Shown here: positions 13,983 to 52,100 of the stretch, one piece after another
How positions within the stretch are numbered: position 1 is the first letter of the stretch
Layout: each line of letters starts with the position of its first letter
Source: Mytilus trossulus
Lineage: Eukaryota
Length of the DNA stretch: 64,000 bases
NCBI RefSeq assembly: GCF_036588685.1
Contig: NC_086381.1
Span: forward strand, 50,840,001 to 50,904,000
Direction: 5' to 3'
The notes under the pieces: model-generated
Told to the model about the DNA's origin: nothing
The model's database searches: none
What the model saw: the letters and a program-made list of their open reading frames with translations, nothing else
Position numbers and translations under genes: made by a program

Positions 13983-14731
13983 CTCATTGCCCCCTGAATC
14001 TATTTTTAGATAACTGCACTATATTCCTGATTCGATTTTCAACAGTAGCATTCCTCTCCCTGAAGGAAAATGGCTGCCATAGATTTTAAACATAGGTGTA
14101 TTTTAAAAAACCAATTAAAAATATTTATCAAACCGATATGATTGTTGTGTTTTGTTTTTTGTTTCAATAATATGTTATATTTTATAAATAAAGTAAAATA
14201 AAAATTAATACATTCTCACTTTTATTTTTATTTCCTTGTTTATTGCACTCTACCGTAGTTTTGCACTGTAATAATTTTCCATATATTTATCCATTATTTC
14301 TTGTGAAATTCTCTGAATCAGCTCAGACAAATAGAGACATCACATCCATTACGTTTAATTTTAACATTTTTTCTCACTTTGTTAGACAAACATTGTTTGC
14401 AATGTCCCCTTTTGTCATTTTCAAAAGGCCATTGTTTACGTTTCACAGATCGATGACTTTGTAGTAAAATTCCAATGTGTATTTTATGAATGAAAACAGT
14501 GCCACGTGGTAAATCTCATAAATATTCATTGGAGAATCATGTGACACTAAAGCCATGCTCCTACTAGGAACCAATCAGAAGAGGTTTAACAAAAACGGGA
14601 CCCAACCAAAATGACGCTTATATGCGTCTTTCGGGAAATACAAAATGGCGGATTCAGACGCACATATGCGTCACCAGGGAGCAAAACGAAAGTAAAAATG
14701 ACGCATATGTGTGTCTTCAGGGGCCAATGAG
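13983..14731. mobile_element. piggyBac-like non-autonomous element downstream of the RLIG1 stop codon
   Basis: TTAA|CTCATTGCCCCCTGAA ... TTCAGGGGCCAATGAG|TTAA, with three subterminal GACGC-NNATAT-G(C/T)GTC-type palindromes near the right end. Confidence 0.85.
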
Positions 14732-16022
14732 TTAACAATTATCACAATTTCCAAGCATAAACATATCAACTCACATCTGGTATATGAAAAATACAGGCCA
14801 TATTCATAAAAAATAGCCTTGCCCATAACAACATGTCAAAAATGATAACCACTCCCAGGAAAATATTTTAAATATTTGGACATATTGGAAAACAAATATC
14901 GGAAATATGAGTTTTGTTAACTCATTATTGATGACAGTATAACAACTCATCAACACACATGGTTTATATCTTTGATAGAACAAATTGGTCAAAATAGCAC
15001 AATATAAAATTTAGTCCTAAGACCCATCATATAAATCAGTAGATTTAAAACAAAAACTTCAAATACAATTATAAACTTATGCGATACATAACATTACAGG
15101 GAGGTAACTCTGTAAAAATCAGCTGAAAGTTTTAATCACATTCTAATGTTAAGGAAATATCAAGCATCTTAATGATATAGATACCATAAGTGTTTGTCAA
15201 ACTGCTAAATATATCCAATGAATTTGTTCTGATAAAGAGAGTAGTTCAAGTTTTTTTTTGTGAATGGACCAAGGTAAATATTGAGTCGAAGTTTCTGAAA
15301 ATTAAATAGGCCAAATTACTTTTTAGTCTTATTTTCACCTTCAATTACTTTGTCTAGTCTCCCAATTCTGATCATTCTCGTGAATGATGTCTATGCCAAT
15401 GAGAAAATCCAATAGATACAATTTCAATGACAAGTTTTGTTTGAAACACATGTATTTTTGGTCGCATCTTGAAACAAAATGAAAATTCATATCGTGATAA
15501 AAAATTGAAAGAGAGATTTCTTGATACAATCAACATAAAGGCTAAATGAATGAAAAACATCATGCAGACACATATTTCACATATAATCATATAAGTTAAA
15601 CATGTACACCACAGCTGAGGAGGATATTTCATTCCTTTCTAACCAAGGATGGGGGAGGATGGCAAAATTAATAGATTTTCCTCTTAATAGAATGGACATG
15701 CCATTTCTGGATTCGTTTCTGGACACTAATTTTTGTGGATTTTGTGGATTCAGGGAACAACAAGTTTCATTCTTCATTGAATAACAAATTTTCTAAGAGA
15801 AAGTATGCAGACTATGCCAAAACCATGGATTTTTTTTTTATCTATGAATGAAAGTTTTCCTCAATCCACAAAATTGGTTCCCATGAAAATTATTTAATCC
15901 ACAGTAGCTATAAATAGTGATACAATTAGTCATGGTTTTGTGGCAATGTTCAGTTTGATGACATGATCAATCTTTCATGCAGCTCATTCGGTTTTGTGTA
16001 GCTTCTTTTGTATTGTTCCTCT

Positions 16023-42582
<26,560 letters not shown>

Positions 42583-44417
42583 TGTTATTATTTATCTAAA
42601 AAAAATGCAATCATTGATACATTTACTTAACATATATAGTCAAAACAAGGCAATGATTTTTAAGACTTACATGTACATGTAGTACATTTTAATAAGTGTT
42701 GATCAGATGAATATACAGTGAAATTATTATTATCTCCCTCCCCCTCCCATTTATTGATAAAAAATTCTGCAGAGATACATGTATATCTCTCCTGTATGCA
42801 ATTTTAAAATAAAATTGCAAATGTTGATATCAAATTGGCAATAAATGTACATTGTTCTAGATCTAAAATATATGTAATAACTATGCAAAACATCCAGACA
42901 GTCAATGAACTATAATGACTGAAGATTGAGTACTAAGAATTGACATTAATTTATAAACTACAAATGTATTAGTATATCTATCATCATTCCTATGTCTTCT
43001 ATTAGTCAAGAAATAACTATAAATGTAAGGGGGGGGGGGGGGGGGGGGATTGTCAAAAAATTTTGCACAGCTCAGCTGATGACCAACATTTTATTTACAA
43101 TGTATCAATAAAAGTTCAATGAGCCATTATGAGGAAAAACTATTCTGTTTAAGATGCATCATTTCTATTACAGAGTCAAACACTTGTCCATTCAATGGTG
43201 TTGTTAAAGACTGTATTTTTACCCTATATATCGAATTCAAATGTCCTTACCTTGTCTCCTTTTATTGCTTGACAAAGATGAAACAAATGTGTGCTGTTTT
43301 CAGCGCAACCAATAATTTTAGTTTGAAAAATAATCCCACAAATGATAATGTTAATTTAATGAGTTTAATTTGTATGCAATTGGAAGTAGTACATGTATTG
43401 CATGTATTGATACTTCTTAATGCTTCTTATTTCAATGGAAATTATTTTGGCCCCTTTTGCTTACATGTACATCTATTTCTTGACTGATAGAAGACCTAGG
43501 AATGATGATAGATGAAGTCGGCATACAGATTTGATTCCAGTGAACACATTACCTACATCAGCGCTTACATGTAGCCAGCTTAGGTTTGAAAGAAACTGCT
43601 TTCTTTAAAAAGATATCATATATGTTTTTTAAATTACAATTTAAATGTACATGTATAATGGATAAATTATTTTTAGGAAAAAATAAAATACAATTACCCT
43701 TCCAATAATCATGATAATAAATATATGTTAGTTGGTCAAGAAAATAAAATGTTTGGTTTTATGGGTTTGGCCGGCATGTGATTTTTATATATTAAGTATA
43801 TCAACTGTGTGTGTGGTTTTTTTTTGTGGCTTGATCTTTGTTATGAGACTTTGTATCAAGGAATATCAGCACAAACAAATTGCCACAAGATCGACAGGTG
43901 CAAACAGAAATGGACTTACGAACGTAATTGAGGGAAGGCTTAAGCAACATAGAATATATATATATATATAAAATGAACAAATGTAACTATAGATATTTCG
44001 GATAACAGATATCCTTCATCAGTTTGACCACGATGTAAAATGAATCATCTCAATCTATTCTAATTATAACACTGATAGTGATAGTGGTATAATGTCCCGA
44101 AATTTTTATTGAACTAATGAACTCAAAATCATTAACTTTTTTTTGTCACTTTTTTCAACTCCTGCATTTGCGCAGAAATCAACTTCCTTCTTCTGGTCTC
44201 GTTGTCATGAGACATTGAGTAGTCTAGTAAATATAGGAACTCAAGGATCACAATACCAATTTCATTTTTAATAATTCTTTGTCTGTGATATGAATAAACG
44301 TTACATGATGATCGCGTTTCTTTGTTTATACATTGAACAAGTGAAATCCCTAACAACAGAACCATAATCGGAAAGATTACGGTATTTCTGTTTCTTTTTT
44401 AACAGATTTTTTAGTTA

Positions 44418-45543
44418 AGCCCTGATCACAACGAACCCTCGACACATCTATGCAGCTCCACGACATAAAATTTTGTCAAATCGTGGGTCATCTGTGATCG
44501 TCGTACGACAATCGCACAACATTTTGAGCGTTGTGGCGCTGTCGTGTGACGAAAATTGGACATGCACCTTTTATGCTCTACAATTTTTTGTCGTATCACT
44601 GTCTTGTGGCTGTCGTTAGAGTGACTTACCACAGTCGTGCAACTGTTATGCGATTAACCCATTGTCATGAGTACCAACATAAACCATTTTAATAAAACAA
44701 TCGTAGCAGGACTGTCGTTCGACAATCTCACGACCATCGCAAGACACTCGTGATACATTTGTACAGTCGCACAGTTGACTCACGAATACAAAATTTCGTA
44801 CGATGCTTGGACAGCATTGATTGTCTGTCGTACGACAGTGGTACGTTTCAATGTGCAGCATATTTACGGTTAAGTTAGAAGAATACGATTCGGCGGATAT
44901 AAATGTTTGAAAAAACATACCGTCAATCATTTAAAGAGGATGGCTTTTCCACCAGAACGATTATGTTCGGTCCTGTTGGATAAGCGCCTTGCTGGACTCC
45001 AACAAGAGCAAAATATAGTCATGTTAGCTTTGATTTTGATTAGCATGAACAGTATAGGAATGCCAGACGTTGGTGGGTTAAGCCATGGATCGAACAGCGG
45101 CTGATGTTTGGGTAGTATAGTACACTGATGCAAGAGTTGGAACGAGAATCTGCCGGTGATTTCGTTAGATTCATGCGGATGAAGCCTGGCATGGTTCAAG
45201 AGCTTTTTCTGAGAGTCGCTACTCGCATCACAGTTGTACGACAATGGCATGTGACAGTAACACGACAATCACACGCGCATCCCATTACATGAAAACCTGA
45301 AAAATAGCCCCCAAACAACTCACGATTGTCTAAGACTATCGCACGACCCACTTGCGACAAGAACACGACAGTACAATTACATATTTTTTTCTGTCTTGTA
45401 CCCATTGTGGAACCATCGTTGGCATGTCGTAGCTGATGTGACCACTCGAAATATTATTTGGACATTTTGCACGACAGTGTCATGACAACTATTTTATAGA
45501 TCTTCCACGACAAAAAATCGTACAATTTGTTGTGACCGGGGCT
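44418..45543 (+). mobile_element. PIF/Harbinger internal-deletion derivative retaining a transposase N-terminal remnant
   Basis: TSD TTA; TIR AGCCCTGATCACAAC / GTTGTGACCGGGGCT. Positions 45065-45217 read RRWWVKPWIEQRLMFG*YSTLMQELERESAGDFVRFMRMKPGMVQELFLRV, typical of the Harbinger transposase N-terminus, with one in-frame stop. Confidence 0.85.
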
Positions 45544-45914
45544 TTACAAAAAAAACCCAATTCATACAGACTTTGTCCCCTTTCACAGGTAATGCCTTCC
45601 TGCCCTCATATAATTACATGGATATAAATTATAATAATACTGGTGTGAGAGATACTATTACACTGAAAATTAGTATCCTTTCAAAGCAAAGCTCTTGCTA
45701 GAGGGGGGGGGGGGATATAAAAGACTAAAATAGCCTGTGGCCGTAGGGGTACAACACTAACAAGTTAAAGTTTACTATTGATAGTATTACATCTGAAATT
45801 ATAATTACATATAATTTTCGAATGCACAAAATAACTATTCACATTTCACTGTTCAACACATATATCTGCAATAGTCTAATCAAGGACGTTTAGTTAAAAA
45901 TCTAATTCCTTTAC

Positions 45915-46135
45915 GAAGGCGTCCTCAGCAACATAACTTCCGCCATCTTGGATGTTTGAATAATCTCTAAGTCTAGACGAGGGATAGATATATCATAATA
46001 TCTAATCAAATTACGATAATTTCATTTCAAAACAATTTATTTATTTTGTTGGAATTGTTATAAACAACTTGAATTAGAAATATATAAGGATATAGATCTG
46101 TTTTCGGTTGAAGGCTATTTGACGATCAAAACAAC
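45915..46135. promoter_or_regulatory. Probable bidirectional promoter for TTLL1 and TMEM41B
   Basis: YY1/ETS-like AAGATGGCGGAAGT on the minus strand (45936-45949) followed by a minus-strand donor (TTC|GTAAAG) at 45914. The TMEM41B ATG in AACATGGC lies about 190 bp away. TTLL1 coding exon 1 has an acceptor at 42596-42597, so it needs an upstream exon. Confidence 0.6.
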
Positions 46136-49100
46136 ATGGCAGCGAAAACGTCAGAAAATCTGTCATCACTAAAACAACGAAATAAATCGACTACAGGTAG
46201 AAATCTGACAAGTTCTCTTGGGGCCACACCAAGGGCCCGTCTCCCACAGATCTACGATCTATCATATACTCGCTCAAAGGGCTGGTATGACATATGTGAG
46301 TGAACAAGACCTTCCAAAATTGTACATGTCATATGTACCAGACAGTACAAAACTATACTACTGTCAATTTGAATATTTAGTACTAGTAGTTCGGCATGCC
46401 TGATTTATAGTTTAACTTTTACTAACAAAACTTAAATTAACAGTTAAATAGATATAAGAAAATGTGATATGAGTGCCAATGTAGCAACTATCCATGATCA
46501 GGGATCTCCATGGCCTGTTTAACGATGGCGCCCCGCCATCGTTCAAATGTCTTGCGCCATCGTCAAATGACTCGCGCCATCGTTAAATTGTCTTCCGCCA
46601 TCGTTCAAATGTCTTGCGCCATCGTCAAATGACTTGCGCCATCGTTAAATCGTCTTCTGCCATCGTTCAAAACTTCATCGTTTTTTGTAGCCCGACACCA
46701 TTTTTTTTTTATCAATTATAATCAAATGCATGTAATTGCATAACCCTTAGGCTTTGTATGTTATAATCCAATACATTTCCAACGCCTGAGGGATATCTGG
46801 ATTAAGATCGCTAATCACTTGTACCTGAGCTTGTACAGGTAGATCAACAAACCAGACAGGAGAATACTATCTGAGGATAGACGATCCATTTGTCGAATTA
46901 ATCAACAAAGTTTCAGCAAATGATTATTATAATTTAGATTAAATAAATAAATTAATAATCCAGTTACAAAGAAAACAGTTTAACAAGTCGAACACGTGCT
47001 TTATTTTGACTTATGCAATCAGCATTCCCCTTTTTTAAGAAGTACAAAATAAGACCCAAAACAGTAAATATTATTTCATCGCAAATAGCTCGAGTACTGC
47101 TGTAACGATAATTTAGAAATACTTTAAAAGTTTAAAAGTAAAAACTTTTAAATATTTCCTGTAAAGAAATATCGTATCGTAATTCCGTATTCATTTTGTA
47201 TATTACAATCAAATTGATACATCCACGTTTACGGTTTCTATTCAGACTCGAAATATGCATGTTGCACAGCATCAATTTGCCAGATAAAGTCATTAAAAAC
47301 CTTTTCATTTGTCAACGTTTGCTTTAAAAATCTCTTTAACCTTTTACATAACCCGTACGAATCGTTTTGTTGTTGTTGCAAATCAGCCATACCGGTAATG
47401 GGTTCTGAATTTGACAGTGTCCATGAAAAAAAGCTCCACATCATATGATTTTTAACCCCCATAACAATTACCAAAAATACAAGAAATCTGCATGGGGACC
47501 TTCATGACAGCTTTTGGTCATTCTCGACTAAGGGGGGGACCATGAAGACTTGGCATTTGAATGGTTAAAAACGGCAATAAATGAAAATATTGATACTTCT
47601 AATTCTATAATGAAAATTCAAATAAATATAATTTAAATAAGCAATGAATTAGCATGTTCACCATTCCTTGTATGGAGGGATAAAATACTTCCGATCGCGC
47701 TACACTGTACAGCGTAGACACAGTTTGTAATGGTGAAAGTTCCTCCATCGTTCAATTTTCATCCATGGAGATCCCTGATGATACCATCCAAGTCATAATT
47801 AGTAAAAGTATTCCACACATATTAACATACTTTTGGTTAGATCTACTTCATTTATAAATGTGATTGACAGCAGTCTCGGTAGGGTATCTAGATGGCGTCT
47901 AGACTAGAATTTGACAACTCCTTTAAAAATTATTCATTAGTCTTAGCTATTTATCCAATAGTTTACTTACAAATATTTACAAGCACTCATGTACACTTGC
48001 TTATTTACATTATCAGTGATTATTAGATTATTATTTTTAATTAAAAAAGATTAATTGTACAAAAAGTTCTTGTTATAATGTACTTCTGGTAGCCTGGAAT
48101 GCTTAGATGTCATGGGTTGGATCGTTGGCATAGTCAAATGAAAGACTTGTAAACTGGTACTTGCTGAAGCATGCAGCCTAAAGGAGTAGTTGCAAAGTTT
48201 GGTTAGATGGTCAGAATATAAGTAGGGTGTCATGTCTTCCTGAGGACAAGCAGGGCAGTGTTCAATATCGTAGCAGCTACTTAGTGCTACACAGATTTTT
48301 GTCTACTGAACGAGTAGCTAGCCTAGCTGCTATCAATATCTATGTAGCAGCTAGGCTAGCTACATGTTCAATAGTCATAAATCTACGTATCCCTATGTAG
48401 CCGCTACGATATTGAAAGCAACCCAGGTTAAAGATCTGACTAGCATGTTGGTCTGAGTAGTGAGAAAAATAAGGGTTCTTGTTCATAACACTTTAAAAGC
48501 ACATCCTTGTCTTGACAGATCTATTTGCATTTACATGCATAAGAAAATGTATGTGAATGTTTTGCCACTGGATGTATATTTTGTAAGGCAAATTACAATC
48601 ACTTGATACATGTATATGCATGTGATACATCATGTATTTGCTATTTGGCATTAAACATGTTAAACACCAATCCTTTAGCATCATATTTATTAAAAATTAA
48701 ATTAAAAGAGCTTATGTTGATGATTTCAGCATGTTTAAATTTGTAATACATGTAATAAGCATGATTAGTTGTTTGAGATAAAAAAAAAAAATCTGTCATT
48801 TGATTAGTCCACACACTTACTATGTACACGAACATGTGACATGTGTATTAAGAGATGCAAGGTACTTGTAAATTTAACAGTAATCAAACAACAAAAACAC
48901 AGACATTTAAATTTAGAGGTACATTTGTAAATATTTTGTCTTAAGGGAGCATTGTCATGTACAAAATGTAGCAAGCTCTTGTTGGCTCTGAAACTCCTAT
49001 ATTATTGTCATACATAGTTGTCTCATGGGCAATCAAACCACATCTCCTTAATTTTATATGGCATCTTAAAGGTAGGTGGCTTAAATCTCCAAAAGAACCA

Positions 49101-52100
49101 TTGAAAAGGGGGGGATACAGATAAAAGAAGATGTGGTATGATTGCCAATGAGCATAATGAGACAACTCTTCACAAGAAAGCAAATGACACAGTAATTAAC
49201 AACTATAGGTCACTGTACAGCCTTTCTACAATGAACAAAGCCCATACCGCAAAAATGCATATAATAAAAGTTGAGGTAACAATTTGTAAGACAACCATGG
49301 AAACCAAACCAATCTGACAACAATACACAGCTTTCAACAATAGAGGAACATTAAATACCTAGGCTATACCGGTATACATTGTACATAACTGAATAAATAT
49401 TTATCACAAAAATAAGAACATAAAAAAATTGGTATAATTAAACTATTAATTTTCCATTTATATTTCCAGATGACTCAAGTACTACACAGTTTACGTCACT
49501 AAAGTCCAAACCTGAAGAGAACAACAGAAGCAGCACTGGGTCGTTTGTCATACTAGGCCTAATATTTCTGACATCTATCGTAGCTTTAGGGATTGTTTAT
49601 CTAAATTTCCCTAAGGTTGAAGAGTGAGTATTTGTGGCTGACAGTCCTTGTAAATAGTGGTATTAAAAAAGGGACTGTCTTCAAGGTTTGTATCACATGA
49701 TTATCACACAATTTTATTCTTTGATCTTACTTCTAAATGCTGTGTATACATGGAAGAGAAACGGCAATTACAAGTTTTAAAACCAAAGACTTGGCCCAGC
49801 CATGGATTGAACCCATGGCTTCCCACACTTGAAGCAAGCAAGTTACCATTAAAGATCAGAGGTGGTATTTAAACTTTGAAATTATATATATAGATCTAGA
49901 CATAAAGGTACTTTTATTGCAGTTTTTCATCTTGTCAGTTCCATAAAGGTACTAGCTAATATTTGCAAATGATATTGTTTTCTGAATTTATGATTATCAG
50001 TAGGGCTAAAGCAACAAATTGGAAAACAAAATATTTTGATCAATATAAATGCACTTGAATTGAAATAAATAAAAAAACAGAGAATAAAACATGTCAATAA
50101 ACAGTCTGAAGGAAGCAATCTAAAAAAAAAGATCTATGAAACACTGAAAAAAAATGGAATTTTAATGTCTTATTTCACAGAGATGAGAAATTTAGATTGT
50201 ATAGTATTGATATAGTTTCATTATAAAATTAGATTCTCATGAAAAGATAAATTGAGGAAAACCAGATAAGGACTGTCATATGACTGTTATGTAGAAACAC
50301 ACATGGGACCCAGGAAAGGCACTTCAAATATCAATGGGTGTTACATAGTTTTTTGTATAGTGAAATGCAAGTTGTATTCTAAAATTGTCTAGATTTAGAT
50401 GTTACCCCTATTATAGTGCATTCCCTGAGTACCATGTATCTTTTGATGGAGTAGCATTAAGACATTAAAGAGGGATTAGTTATGCAAGCATAATTCTTAG
50501 ATTTTAATTTTTTTTTGTGTAATTTATTTTCATTGATTTTTTTTTTTTTGAGGGGTTATCATTTGTTATGTTGTAAGGGAGATAATTCAAGCTTGCAAAA
50601 TATTAGTAGTCACATTTCTCATGAAAGTATCATAGGTACATATTTACCTAATGATTCTTGCATGAGAAATATGACACTTTCTGTCAGACTGTACATTACC
50701 CCTTTTTTTATGAAAATATTTTTTCCGATATACATTTGCAAATTAAAATCTAATTCATCTCATTTGTGAACTCCATGTCAAACTTGTATGAACATTTCTC
50801 AAATAGCCCAATGAAATTTATGTATTTAAAAAATTAGCAGTAAAAATCCCATCATGTTTTTATTGTGGACCAACTATTTGGAAAGGAGTTATTTCCCCCA
50901 AAAAGCTGAAGGAAACATTACTGATTATATTCCAGCCTATTATAAAAGATTTGAATTCTATTTGTTTGAACACCATTTATATTTATGAATCTTTTTTATA
51001 TCCCACTTTAGTTTGCATCAACCAAATGTTATGAAACTTATACACAATGCTTATTACCACACAACACAGATCAAGTTTGAATTTGGGTTGCGTCACTTTT
51101 ACCGTTCTTGAGATGTATCCCTTTATAATGCAAGCAGGGGCATCATCTGTCATGTCTGTATCCCATGGATACATTCTCCATTTATTTTAAAGCTAGTGTA
51201 GTACAGACACAAGATGGCTTCATTAAGTCTTTGTGGGGATTCTGAAATTGTACATACTAATACATCATGTATTAACTTTGAAAATCATATATTTCTATGT
51301 CAACTTTTATCTTTTAATTTAAGAGACGAAAGTTTAATCAATTATTTTATATTTCAGATCAGAAAAGCAGCATATAAAATTACCTAGAGATATAGAGGAC
51401 GCTAAGCGATTAGGAAATGTTTTATCTATATATAAAGATAAATTTTATATACAGGTGTTAGGGGCTTATTTTGTAACATATATATTGTATCCTTTTACGT
51501 AACATGCAAAGTGACATGAAAGACGATTATTAAAAAAAAACACACAAAATCTGGTACCCTTAGTTTGACTTCTTGCATTGCTCATGATTGTTGGGACCCA
51601 GTTTGCTGCAAATGACCTTTGGGACCTAAGACAAAATTTAAAGATTTACTCATCTATACTACTCAAATAACGAGGTCCAATTTGTTAGCCGGCATGATGT
51701 ATAAAAGACGAATCAAAGAATTCAGCTTTCTATATAACTAAGGGCTATTCCAGAAAAAAATGTATGGGTGGGTTGGAAGGCACATTGTATTAATAATACA
51801 TGGGTGATGGGTATCAGAGCAACTTTTCACACTTTAATGCACTATAATTCTCAAATACAATTGTCTGGGTGGCGGGTGCTGACAAAAACTGCCTTCCAAC
51901 CCCCCCATACATTTTTTTCTGGAATAGCCCTAATATAGGACAATGGTGTTGATTAAAAATTACACCATTCCAGGCCCTTTTGTTTTCCGCATAATTAAGG
52001 CAGCAATACACAGTTAGGAAAAAAACTTAAAATTGACACTCATAATTTTTAAACACCCTCTTTCCCCCCTTGTTTAACAAAGAAGGTTTTATATGTGTGT

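Noticed and set aside
43028-43048. Long G run (also a C run at about 38138-38152 and a G run at about 45703) as G-quadruplex elements
   Set aside because: Simple homopolymers of uncertain assembled length with no other support.
43491-43560. C/D snoRNA suggested by ATGATGA at 43502
   Set aside because: No suitably placed downstream CTGA D box or terminal stem, and it is antisense to the host intron.
44426-45405. Cluster of overlapping ORFs suggesting a compact operon
   Set aside because: They result from higher GC content within a Harbinger derivative; the only meaningful frame is a stop-containing transposase remnant.
46534-46670. Short repeats with variable intervening bases resembling CRISPR or iterons
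   Set aside because: These are 20-21 bp tandem units inside a TIR element, consistent with subterminal repeats.
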